The translations under genes and the position numbers were made by a program. The notes below the pieces were generated by a model that was given only the letters and a program-made list of their open reading frames with translations, ran no database searches and was not told where the DNA came from. DNA of 64,000 bases from Tubiluchus corallicola (lineage: Eukaryota > Animalia > Priapulida): NCBI GenBank assembly GCA_030141605.1, contig JAQGDQ010000330.1:200979-264978 (forward strand). The letters run 5' to 3'. This document shows positions 12,548 to 25,862 of this stretch, piece after piece. Numbering within the stretch: position 1 is the first letter of the stretch; each line of letters starts with the position of its first letter.

Positions 12548-13540
12548 TCTCTGTGAAGCTGCTTCTTTGATCAAGTATCTGCATGGAGTGCTGTAATGCT
12601 GTCTTTGATCAAGTGTCTGCCTGGAGTGCTACAATGCTGTCTTTGATCAAGTATCTGTGTGGAGTGCTACAATGCTGTCTTTGACTAAGTGTCTGTGTGG
12701 AACTCCTTCTTTGATCAAGTATCTGGGTGGAGTGCTACAATGCTGTTTTTGATTAAGTGTCTGTGTGGAGTGCTGTAATGCTGTCTTTGATCAAGTGTCC
12801 GTGTGGAGTGCTGTAATGCTGTCTTTGATAAAGTGTATACGTGGAGTGCTGTAATTCTGTCTTTGATAAAGTGTCTACGTGGAGTGCTGTAATGCTGTCT
12901 TTGATAAAGTGTCTGTGTGGAGCTACTTCTTTAATCAAATATCTGGGTGGAATGCTGTAATGCTGTCTTTGATGAAGTGTCTGTGTGGAGCTACTTCTTT
13001 AATCAAATATCTGGGTGGAATGCTGTAATGCTGTCTTTGATGAAGTGTCTGTGTGGAGCTACTTCTTTAATCAAATATCTGGGTGGAATGCTGTAATGCT
13101 GTCTTTGATGAAGTGTCTTTGTGGAGCTACTTCTTTAATCAAATATCTGGGTGGAATGCTGTAATGCTGTCTTTGATGAAGTGTCTGTGTGGAGCTGCTT
13201 CTTTAATCAAATATCTGGGTGGAATGCTGTAATGCTGTCTTTGATGAAGTGTCTGTGTGGAGCTACTTCTTTGATCATGTATCTTTGTGGAATGCTGTAA
13301 TGCTGTCTTTGATGAAGTGTCTGTGTGGAGCTACTTCTTTGATCATGTATCTTTGTGGAGTGCTATCTTTGATTAGTGTCCATAATTGTGGAACTGCTTC
13401 TTTGATCATGTATCTTTATGGAGTGCTGTCTTTATGTCAAGTATCTGTGTGGAACCGCTTCTTTGATCAAGTAACTCTGTGTTGTCTTTGATTAAGTGTC
13501 TGTGTGGTGCTGCTTCTTTGATCAAGTATCTGTCTGGAAT
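12548..13540. repeat. Minisatellite of 30- and 38-bp subunits with a 68-bp higher-order core
   Basis: Core ctttgatcaagtgtctgtgtggag; period 68 at 12909, 12977 and onward. Confidence 0.9.
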
Positions 13541-13571
13541 AGCTCCGTCTATGAGACAAAATTTTTCTTAC

Positions 13572-13752
13572 CAGAATATTTTATGGAGCTCAACTCTCGT
13601 CTTACTCTTGTTGCCGTGTTGAAACGAGAGAGGTCGCGCATGTGATTGAATTCCACGTGGACGTCATTTTCCCCGGCAAAAGAGACGACCCCCACGCGAG
13701 TTCCATATAAGGAAATCTCGTTACCTCGTCTATTGTAATAGGTAAGAGCTTC
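13572..13752 (-). CDS. Secreted VWA-domain protein, coding exon 3
   Basis: Acceptor tattttcag|GAA (phase 0), donor TCTG|gtaaga; contains TRVGVVSFA...VHVEFN, the typical second VWA strand. Confidence 0.9.
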
Positions 13753-15968
13753 CTGAAAATAATTTACATATTTGTTACTAGGTGGCAGAATGGAGGTTAT
13801 CCACCAACTAAGCAAAAGTTGTAATAGGTAAGATCTTCCTGAAAATAATTTACATATTTGTTACTAGGTGGCAGAATGGAGGTTATCCACCAACTAAGCA
13901 CAAGTTGTAATAGGTAAGAGCTTCCTGAAAATAATTTACATATTTGTTACTAGGTGGCAGAATGGAGGTTATCCACCAACTAAGCACAAGTTGTAATAGG
14001 TAAGATCTTCCTGAAAATAATTTACATATTTGTTACTAGGTGGCAGAATGGAGGTTATCCACCAACTAAGCAAAAGTTGTAATAGGTAAGATCTTCCTGA
14101 AAATAATTTACATATTTGTTACTAGGTGGCAGAATGGAGGTTATCCACCAACTAAGCACAAGTTGTAATAGGTAAGATCTTCCTGAAAATAATTTACATA
14201 TTTGTTACTAGGTGGCAGAATGGAGGTTATCCACCAACTAAGCAAAAGTTGTAATAGGTAAGATCTTCCTGAAAATAATTTACATATTTGTTACTAGGTG
14301 GCAGAATGGAGGTTATCCACCAACTAAGCACAAGTTGTAATAGGTAAGATCTTCCTGAAAATAATTTACATATTTGTTACTAGGTGGCAGAATGGAGGTT
14401 ATCCACCAACTAAGCAAAAGTTGTAATAGGTAAGATCTTCCTGAAAATAATTTACATATTTGTTACTAGGTGGCAGAATGGAGGTTATCCACCAACTAAG
14501 CAAAAGTTGTAATAGGTAAGATCTTCCTGAAAATAATTTACATATTTGTTACTAGGTGGCAGAATGGAGGTTATCCACCAACTAAGCACAAGTTGTAATA
14601 GGTAAGATCTTCCTGAAAATAATTTACATATTTGTTACTAGGTGGCAGAATGGAGGTTATCCACCAACTAAGCACAAGTTGTAATAGGTAAGATCTTCCT
14701 GAAAATAATTTACATATTTGTTACTAGGTGGCAGAATGGAGGTTATCCACCAACTAAGCAAAAGTTGTAATAGGTAAGATCTTCCTGAAAATAATTTACA
14801 TATTTGTTACTAGGTGGCAGAATGGAGGTTATCCACCAACTAAGCAAAAGTTGTAATAGGTAAGATCTTCCTGAAAATAATTTACATATTTGTTACTAGG
14901 TGGCAGAATGGAGGTTATCCACCAACTAAGCACAAGTTGTAATAGGTAAGATCTTCCTGAAAATAATTTACATATTTGTTACTAGGTGGCAGAATGGAGG
15001 TTATCCACCAACTAAGCACAAGTTGTAATAGGTAAGATCTTCCTGAAAATAATTTACATATTTGTTACTAGGTGGCAGAATTGAGGTTATCCACCAACTA
15101 AGCACAAGTTGTAATAGGTAAGATCTTCCTGAAAATAATTTACATATTTGTTACTAGGTGGCAGAATGGAGGTTATCCACCAACGAAGCACAAGTTGTAA
15201 TAGGTAAGATCTTCCTGAAAATAATTTACATATTTGTTACTAGGTGGCAGAATGGAGGTTATCCACCAACTAAGCACAAGTTGTAATAGGTAAGATCTTC
15301 CTGAAAATAATTTACATATTTGTTACTAGGTGGCAGAATGGAGGTTATCCACCAACTAAGCACAAGTTGTAATAGGTAAGAGCTTCCTGAAAATAATTTA
15401 CATATTTGTTACTAGGTGGCAGAATGGAGGTTATCCACCAACTAAGCAAAAGTTGTAATAGGTAAGAGCTTCCTGAAAATAATTTACATATTTGTTACTA
15501 GGTGGCAGAATGGAGGTTATCCACCAACGAAGCACAAGTTGTAATAGGTAAGATCTTCCTGAAAATAATTTACATATTTGTTACTAGGTGGCAGAATGGA
15601 GGTTATCCACCAACTAAGCAAAAGTTGTAATAGGTAAGATCTTCCTGAAAATAATTTACATATTTGTTACTAGGTGGCAGAATTGAGGTTATCCACCAAC
15701 GAAGCACAAGTTGTAATAGGTAAGATCTTCCTGAAAATAATTTACATATTTGTTACTAGGTGGCAGAATGGAGGTTATCCACCAACTAAGCACAAGTTGT
15801 AATAGGTAAGATCTTCCTGAAAATAATTTACATATTTGTTACTAGGTGGCAGAATTGAGGTTATCCACCAACTAAGCACAAGTTGTAATAGGTAAGATCT
15901 TCCTGAAAATAATTTACATATTTGTTACTAGGTGGCAGAATTGAGGTTATCCACCAACTAAGCACAAG
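13733..15968. repeat. Minisatellite, 26 x 86 bp, overlapping the VWA exon-3 acceptor
   Basis: Period 86 (13741, 13827, 13913...); 2236 bp = 26 units; only a few variable positions. Confidence 0.97.
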
Positions 15969-16425
15969 TCACCTAGACATTATTTAAAGCTGACTGACTG
16001 AGACGCGGCAAAATAATGAAATGATAACAAACAAGCAAACAACCTCCCAGCCAACCAACCAATTAACAGATAAAACCGCCCAGCCAGTTAGCCAGCTAAC
16101 TAACTCACCAAACAACCACCTACTGACTGACCGACTAAACGACAGACGGAGCAACTGACCTACCAACCGACTGCCCAACCAAACAATGGAATAACTAACC
16201 AATAAGTCAACTAAGCAACCCACAAACCATCCAACCAACCAAGCAATTAACCAATTAAATAGCAAACAACCAACCCACTAACCAACGAACCAACCACTAA
16301 CCAAGCAACCAGCAAACCAACCAATTAGTCAACCAATCAATCAATCACGTCAAGCCAAGCACCGACGCAAACAATCAATACCACACACCCAAAATTTCAC
16401 AAAATTTACAGTTACTGCAGTGTAC

Positions 16426-16565
16426 CTGCAAAATTGTTTTCACTGAATCAAAATGGCGGGGACCTAAACTGCCACTGCTGTCCAAAAGAACAATGCAGTC
16501 AATTGGCTCTAGTTCACCGTGCGGCGCTGGCGTCGTTGTCGTTGTAGACGTGCGCAAAAACATAT
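16426..16565 (-). CDS. Secreted VWA-domain protein, coding exon 2
   Basis: Acceptor ctttgcag|AT, donor CAG|gtacac; Thr-rich linker then PIDCIVLLDSSGSLGPRHFDSVK with the MIDAS DxSxS motif. Confidence 0.9.
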
Positions 16566-16738
16566 CTGCAAAGATAAAGAATTTATAGCATAAAAATACT
16601 TTCATATCATAAGATAATGTTTGTAATGCCATCAATCTTATAAAGTTTTGGCACGAAACAGTAATTTAAGATTTACATATTTTAAATTTATTTGGGTAAC
16701 GTTTACAATTCCTCACACACAAGAAATTAGTTCTTTGA

Positions 16739-17355
16739 CCCTTATAAGGTCACGGTCATTTTACCCTTTTACCATACGCATGCCAGTAAACCTTTTCTAT
16801 GACTTTTTCTAAATATGTTTTGTGCACAAAATACTTTCAGTTATCTATTTTAGGCGCATTGTCTCACCACGAAATAAAAGTGAAAATGCAATATGTTGAT
16901 TTTTTAAAATTGTCGAAACTTTACTTCGCTTGTCGATACATTACCAATACATTATACTTGTCAATACATTATACTGGCGACGTATCTGATAAAACAAAAT
17001 GTCAGTTACTCAAATTACTCCACCTAAAAGAAGAAAGTAGTAGACAATAAATTCAAAATAACAATGATTTTTGCACACGAGCTAGCAGTGTCGGGTGTCT
17101 ACAGTTATTCCAGCATAGATAAGGGAACGTAACTAAGTGAATTTAAATTTCGTATTACTAGTAAGTCACATGTCTTTAAGCAGAGGTATAATGTATCCTA
17201 TGGTGGTCAGCACAACCACAAATTATGCTGTTGCAGTTTACTAATGAAACACGGCGTTAAATCGAAAGTAATTTACTAATTATGGTGGGGGTAATTTTTA
17301 CCCCCCCCCCCCACCGTTACCAAAATCGGTTGTAAAAATCGTGACCCTATAAGGG
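16739..17355. mobile_element. piggyBac-like MITE
   Basis: TIR CCCTTATA(A/G)GGTCACG at both ends; flanks TTGA/TTAC resemble a decayed TTAA. Confidence 0.6.
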
Positions 17356-17582
17356 TTACTCGGTTTAAGAGTTAGGGTTAGGTTGAGATTAGTGTAAGGT
17401 TGGGGTTAGGGATTGCGCTAGGCTTAGGGTTAAGGCATTTAAATTGTGTATGTGGAACTGAAAACTTCTCTCTTTTGTATTTGCAAACAATAGTGAGATA
17501 TAATAAAAACATATAAATACAATATTTACAAGAGTGTGGTAAACAGATTAACTGCTTACATGTGTCTGTTATGTACAAGAAA

Positions 17583-18763
<1,181 letters not shown>

Positions 18764-19667
18764 ACGAAAAGCTTCAGAGAATGTCAATGACGCTACGGCA
18801 ATTGACCAATTGAGAAACAGTTTACCCAGATGAAGTCCAAATGACATTCTTTCACAGTAAAATCTAAAGTTTGTTAGTAAACACAACAGAGGTTTGGGGA
18901 ATTCCCGTGTCCTATAAAAAAAACCGGTAACTGTAGACAAGTTTTGCGAATTTGGGAAATTCCCAGAAATTTGGCAGATAAATAATTACAAATGTTCGGT
19001 TTAACGTCGCTAGTAATTTAAACAAAAGCGGATCAAGCGGATCAAGCGGATCACACGCGTGACTGATAATTCTCTTTACAGACTTACAAACGATGCTAAG
19101 TTTTGTTCTAGAATTAAATCGTGTGATCGCAAAATATAGAAAATTTATCTATTTTTCACCAGCATAGCTGTAAGTCAAAAGGTTCAAAAGGGTTTTTTCT
19201 TTGCTAGTTCTACTGCTGGTACGGCCCGAATATCATAACTGGAGACCCTAAATCAAAGTGTGAAAAGGCGTCAGAGGCAAACGTGACAAACATTGTAAAT
19301 TGACCATATTTTGACTCAGTTCACCAGGCAAACAACCATAAATAATTTACAGTCAACAATTTTCTTTATAGCTCAATAATTGTATACGGATGATATATTT
19401 ACTTAACAAACCGTGCATACATATTTCCAGGTCAATACATGACAAACGCTCCATAATAACTTTGTGAAAATGATGCTAGGACCAATTCTTGCCTAGGCGT
19501 TTAGTGTTACTTAAATTTTAGTCTGTCTTTCGTAAAACTTTTTAATTCTTTTGTCTATGTTATTTTCTTCACTTTTAACTTCCTATATAGATAGAGGTAA
19601 GTGGGATTCTTACTGCATGCGCAAAATAATAATAACAACTGTCTGCCATTACAGAGAAAAATATGTT

Positions 19668-20010
19668 AGGTAAGTAAGTAGGTAGGTAGGTAGGTAGGTA
19701 GGTAGGTAGGTAGGTAGGTAGGTAGGTAGGTAAGTAGATAGGTGTGTAGATAGGTGTGTAGGTAGGTAGGTATGTACGTAGGCACGTGGGTAGGTAGCTA
19801 GGTAAGTTGTGTTGTTGTAATTATTGTTTGTAGGCTGATAAGTATGTAAGTAAGTAGGAAGGTAGGTAGTATGTAGGTTAGTAGGTAGGTAGGTAGATAG
19901 ATAGATAGATAGATAGGTAGGTAGGTAGGTAGGTAGGTAGGTGTGTAGGTATGTAGGTAGGTAAGTAGGCTCGTGGGTAGGTAGCTAGGTAGGCTGATAG
20001 GTATGTAAGT
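19668..20010. repeat. (GGTA)n microsatellite region
   Basis: Direct reading. Confidence 0.9.
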
Positions 20011-20394
20011 GAGTAAATGTCTTTTATTGTAATAAAATGTTTCCATTTTCCATGGCAGTTTTACGATGGTATTAATTGAAAACAAGCTGATTTACATCTT
20101 CCAATAAACTTACAATACATCAATAAAAACTTTAGTTAAAAAAATCTTTGGGTACTAAAAGGTGTATAAAAAAGTGTTTTTTGTGTGTTAAATAAATTTG
20201 AAATGGATTAAAAACAATTCAAGAACAGAATATTAATGATGATCTACATTAGAAGTACGTTTATTTATAAAAGTATTAGCTGCTCTTTTTAGCTTCAATT
20301 TTAGTCTAGTAAACAAGCAATTCCTGCGTATAGGACGCTCCGTTTTCTTATTTGGTGGCAGGAGATTGAGAAGTGAATGTGTCGGTTTTGCGTT

Positions 20395-21023
20395 ACTGAA
20401 CAATTTTTGTTAAAGCAAAACCGGTCCCAATATTAAACTTTAGGTCAATCTCCTCTTTAAAATATTGAAAGAAAACATTCTATGTTTGCAAAAATGATTT
20501 ACGCGAAAGAATTATTACCACATAAACTCAATTTCTGATCCGCGCAACTAGTTCTTCGCTGCATTTTGCCTTTCGTTAGTTAGACAGGCACTAACGCCTG
20601 CATTCCGGAAGCACATTACACAAAAACAGGTGCTGTACCTCTCAATTCAGATGTGTTACTTTCTGACGAAATACACACGTTCGACAGCTCATGCGTGAGC
20701 ACAGACGTAAACTTGAAATTTGAATTTTTATCTTAAAACTTGCCTAGTTTTAGTACAACACACTGAATATCTTACAGTGGCACTGTACGTCAATTTTCGC
20801 TTTCACAAACACGCGCAACACACTCGCGGAATACTTTTGCTGCTGAAAATTATGTTAGTTTGTGATGTCATCAATAGTTGGACTTGCCAGCCGTTAATTA
20901 AGTTTTTAATCTATAATTTAATTATCAGAAACGCGTTTACATTATTAATTGTGTTAAAATGTATACTTTTAATCGAACTTGAAAATGGGATAGTATATGA
21001 AAAATCATCCTGTTTTCCTTTAA
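20395..21023 (+). mobile_element. Interspersed repeat family A (Kolobok-like end CCTTTAA)
   Basis: Homologous to 5225-6283 (interrupted by the RTE derivative) and, inverted and internally deleted, to 38906-39122. Confidence 0.7.
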
Positions 21024-21647
21024 TGCTTTTGATTCAATTTCTGACCTTTTCACTTTCGGCTTTCCGCCATATTGCAGACATTTTGGATTAACTTAAAATA
21101 ATCAGCCGTCAAACAGTTGCATAATTCAGAGGCATATGGTAGAGAGAGTATGGTTAGTTCTTCTGCACTGTAGTCCATTTTCTTCTGTCTAACAAGTTTC
21201 ATGCGTGATGACTGCCGTTTTGCTCTTAAATTTATTGTGAACCGATTTCATCTTTTAATGTAACGTAATTTGCACAAATTAAGATGAAAACCCGACGTCT
21301 TTTCCAGTATAGGATTACTAATGTTTTTAATAAAATTTAATTTAATTGATTATACACGAACTAATTAACAAAAATACAAATCAACAGTGTGGTTTCAATC
21401 TAAATAAAAACACCAGAGAAGCGATAATACTTGGTTGTATGTATTACTTACTAATTAACACGTTTATTGACTGTCGAAGCCATTATTAAATTATAAATCA
21501 AGCCAAAAAGTGGAATAAATAATACATTAATGATATTTATATTTCTTCTTGGCTTCATTTATAGTTTGATAATGGCTTCAATAGACAAAATGATCGTTGC
21601 TCAATAAACATGTTGATTCCTAGCAGTTGACACTTTCTTGTACTTAC

Positions 21648-21855
21648 TGATTAGTTCAGGCAGGTTTGTTTCAATTGTGTCGCCTCTTACTCCCGCATAA
21701 TCATCGTTCATCTCTTCTCTGAGTCTGGCAGATTCTGTTTCTTCGCTTTCTCTAGAGTAGCTACTCCTCGACCTGGGTGAAGCCAAACACGGAGGAGGTA
21801 GTCCAGTCAGCAGAGTGGAAGCCATCAGTACGTGCAGAACTTTGAATGGTGTCAT
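21648..21855 (-). CDS. Secreted VWA-domain protein, probable coding exon 1 (signal peptide and charged pro-region)
   Basis: MTPFKVLHVLMASTLLTGLPPPCLA is signal-peptide-like; donor ATCA|gtaagt is phase 1, matching exon 2; in-frame stops upstream of 21924; acceptor ctttctttag at ~22050 implies a 5'UTR intron. Confidence 0.7.
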
Positions 21856-22229
21856 TTTGATAGCGTTGAGTTCAGGGAATCTTTCTGGATGTTTCTGAAG
21901 GATACTCAACGTTCCCAAGGACATTCACTATCACAAAGGCTACGCCAAATAAAGGAGTTCCAACTGCTCCAGTCTAATGAGAGTCGAAGTTTTCAAACTT
22001 ACTTTTCAAGATAAACTGGTTCAAGCCCAACTGGAATCACGGCAAAACACTAAAGAAAGGGTAAATAAAGTCAAACCAAAAACGTTAAGCGTCTGTTGTG
22101 CAAAATTAGTACAACTATTTTATATTAAATACTAATATGATTCACTTGTGATTAATTCTTAATGAAAACAATAATGGACTTGTTAATGTTGCTACTTTTC
22201 TGCTATCGCAGTTTCTGTGTCAATAAACT

Positions 22230-22410
<181 letters not shown>

Positions 22411-22774
22411 AGATTTTTACTTCGTTGATGTTTCTGTTTTTGAATAAAGAAATTATTTTAGAGACACTCTATATGTTTTTTATTACAGCTGGGCACGTTG
22501 CAAGCAGTTCAGTGGCACTTATATAGTTTTACTTAATGCACGTGATTGTGAAAGCACCGGTACCTGTCTGATTATCAAGCATATTTCTCTAAAATGTAAC
22601 AACGAAGAGGCAAAAATATCTGTGGGACGTTTGGATGTGGGTATGTCCTACTATAGAGACCATCTAGATGCACACAAGGCTTAGTGTTGTTCAACTTTTG
22701 TTTATCAGTATTTACCGCTTAGAAAATAGACAGCAAGTAATTTTAACATTAGGCGTAGTACGAGGTTATTTATT

Positions 22775-23280
22775 AAGTGAGAGGCCAAGTCTTCTAAAGT
22801 TTTCCTTTCAAAGTTTGCGTTTCGTAATAAAAGTCCTTTAAGCGTTTGGTGTAATCACACTAAAGTCGCGAGCATTTTACGCTTGAGCTGTTCCATTTTG
22901 AATGCACATTCCTCCACCAATGACGTCATTCATCGACTGAAGAAAAACCTCACACTCTAAATTTCTGCCTAAACAATAACATGTTTAAAAAATACATAGC
23001 TAATTTTGTGATATTTTTGCATGAACATTACGTAAGCTGCAGAAGTTTGAATTAGTTTAAGCAGCGCGCCCGTACGGAAAGCCACGACGCGCTTACGAAA
23101 AGTCCACCAAATACGTCATAATGTTGAAGTGAATGGCGGCTACCACCGTGCTTGGAGATTTCTATTCTATTAACTTTATGCTTTATGAACATTTTTTGCT
23201 AATTTCTTTATTGTATTTTTCTAATTTTTAAGTGATAACAGTAGGATAAACCCAACATGCTAAGTGACTTGTCTTTTAAT
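22775..23280 (+). mobile_element. Interspersed repeat family C, second copy
   Basis: Shares gaagtttgaattagtttaagcagcgcg...acggaaagccacga and caatgacgtcattc with 41475-42184. Confidence 0.7.
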
Positions 23281-24130
23281 TTAGAACTTATACGCAAAAT
23301 TTAACAGCAAGATGAAAATGAGAGGAACGTAGGCTGCACATTTTCATTTTTTCCAAACCTGATTTAAAGTAATGAAATCCCATTAAATGATACAGCCGAT
23401 CCATATCGAACTTCAGCCTTTCTCTTCACACTAAAAAATTTACCATTTTTCAGATCGGATAAATATTCTCCCGCGAAATTGAACAAAATCCCATTTTACT
23501 TCGTCATGCTGTCTATAAATTTAATGAATTAACCCGGCCAACAGCCTTTTTTAGAAAATTATCCTTTATGAATAAGAAACGTTCCTGTACTGCCACAACC
23601 AGCCATACTTAAGTGCCACGTAATGTTTGATCCTAGCTTCCAGTATGCCAAAATGTATGTAAAAACGATTCACTGAGATGCATCACTCACTCGCCTTGTT
23701 TCGCACAATGTTCGCTGACCAATGATCTTTGCTGATGCACAATTGTAACTGACGATCTCTGTAACCTGGAAAGATTTGACATCAACTCATTTTCCTCACC
23801 TTGAAACCTTGGAATTATCGGTTAATCGGAAAGCAATTTTCACCGACGCGCAAGAGCAACAAACCGGTGCTACTTGACAAGGTGTGACCCCATCCCGCCT
23901 GGCATCATCAGCGAATAATTTGCGGCATTTTGAAAACATTTTTAATTTCGTTTGCCGTTTGCCGCCTCTTGCACGAAAACTTAATTTGCTGTCATTATTA
24001 ATTTTGTTGCAGTGAACTTTTGATGCCAGCCTCAACTTTTGTTTTGGGCTACCAGTGCCATGAAGTTACTGATCTTACGTTGTTGTTGGTTATTGCTGTT
24101 GCTGTTGTCTTTGTGGTTATTGCTGTTGTC

Positions 24131-24163
<33 letters not shown>

Positions 24164-24649
24164 TTCGTTGTGCTTCTTGTCGTCGGCGTCATCGTCGTTG
24201 ATGTTATTGTTGATGTTGTTGTTGTTGTTGTTGAGGTGGTGGTGGTGGTGGTGGTTGTCATCATCATCGTTCTTGTTGGTTGTTGTTGTTGTTTTCGTTG
24301 TCATTGTAAATGTGGTTGGCACTACTAGTTCAGGTTTAAATAATTTGAGAAGGTTTTGGACACCACAGAACGTTAAATCCAGATCATTTTCAAGCCTTTT
24401 AGGTATCATGCACTAATAACTGCTTGAACATTGCAAAACTAAAATAATGTCTAAATTTTAAAAAATAGCTATCATAGCCTGTTGCCTAAATACAGAAGCA
24501 TAATATTTTTGCAACACGTATAAGCAGTGTACTGTCTTACGTCACTTGTGAGACTAGAGGGACATTTTCTTACTTTTCCTTATTTTTTATTTAAATAAGC
24601 CTATTTCTGTAATTTTTATGTTTATAATAGCCTGACTTTTACATGTTTT

Positions 24650-25675
24650 GTAGATACAATAAAGGTTTTGATAGGGATAATGATCGAAGTTTATTCAAAA
24701 AATGACAGATACAGGTTTCCTTACCCGATCATTGGTTTACTGAAATTTTGGTACTCATCTCAACGCATCAGCAAAACTGTCTCCGATTCACCTAAAATTA
24801 GTAATGGTGTTCGTCAGGGTGGTGTACTATCTCCGTTGCTTTTCTCCTTATATGTAAATGATTTATTAAAATATCTGTTCGTAAAAACTAATGCGGCTTA
24901 TCGTCGTGGTAATATTATCTTTAACCATTTGCTATATGCTGACGACCTTTCCGTACCTGCTATGCAGAATTTTTTGACTTTTTGCTCATGATATTGACAT
25001 TTTTAACGCTTAAAAAATGGAATGTCTGTGCATTTTGTCGAATATTTTACGTGATGCAACTCCTGGTGATGTCATGCTCTGTGTCAGAAAAATCAGACTT
25101 AGTAACAACGTGAAGTATGTAGGTAACATATTGTCAGATAATAAAAAAAATGACGACGATATTCTTAATCAACTTCGTTTATTTTGCGTCAGAGCAAATA
25201 CAATTGTAAGGCATTTTTCTTATTGTACTAAGGATGTAAAACAAAGGCTATTTAAATCATATTGTTCGTCATTTTATTGTTCCTATCTTTGGACCTATAA
25301 ATATTAAATATTACTTAATAAACTAAAGTCTGCTTACTACACAGCTATGATAAAATTATTCAAATATAGATATGGTGCTCGAGCTTCTACAATCTATAAT
25401 CATTTTTAACTTATTTTACGTAAATCTACATATAATCTTAGATGCCGTTTTTTAAACGCCTGAATTGTTTTATTAAAACATGTAATTTACAATGGTAATC
25501 TTTTTGCCCATTGGAATGTAATTTGTTTGACATTCTGGTATATATCTTAACTAAATCTCTTATTATTCTTATTTTTTCTGCAAATTGTTAGTTTACGTTT
25601 TTAATTAGTTTTTTAGTAGTTATTGGATTTTATGTCTACGAGCTGAAGCAAAAAATAAAATAAATAAATAAATAT
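24650..25675 (+). mobile_element. 5'-truncated, decayed LINE (RT; RTEX-like)
   Basis: GVRQGGVLSPLLFSLYVNDL, NHLLYADDL, KYVG, LFKSYCSSFYCSYLW spread over broken frames; (AAAT)n tail. Confidence 0.85.
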
Positions 25676-25862
25676 AACTAATTTTTATTATTATTTTCAG
25701 TTAGTTATTTGTTCATTGCAAGTTATTTGATATTAGAAGAAAACGTGGCCTCTTTTCTAATTTCTGTGCAAGATTGATTGTTCTAAAAGACAATGCCCAA
25801 CGAACTTCAAAGAAAACAGATAAAAGAATGAAACAATACTGCAGACATATGATTTCGTATAA

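Noticed and set aside
13733-15968. CRISPR-like array
   Set aside because: Units are contiguous and near-identical with no unique spacers; eukaryotic context and no cas genes.
17371-17435. TTAGGG-like motifs as an interstitial telomere
   Set aside because: Only a few degenerate units; more likely part of a repeat element.
23711-23765. Possible 5'UTR exon of the VWA gene (ctttccag...|gtgagt)
   Set aside because: Splice signals are plausible but cannot be tied to the gene without transcript data.
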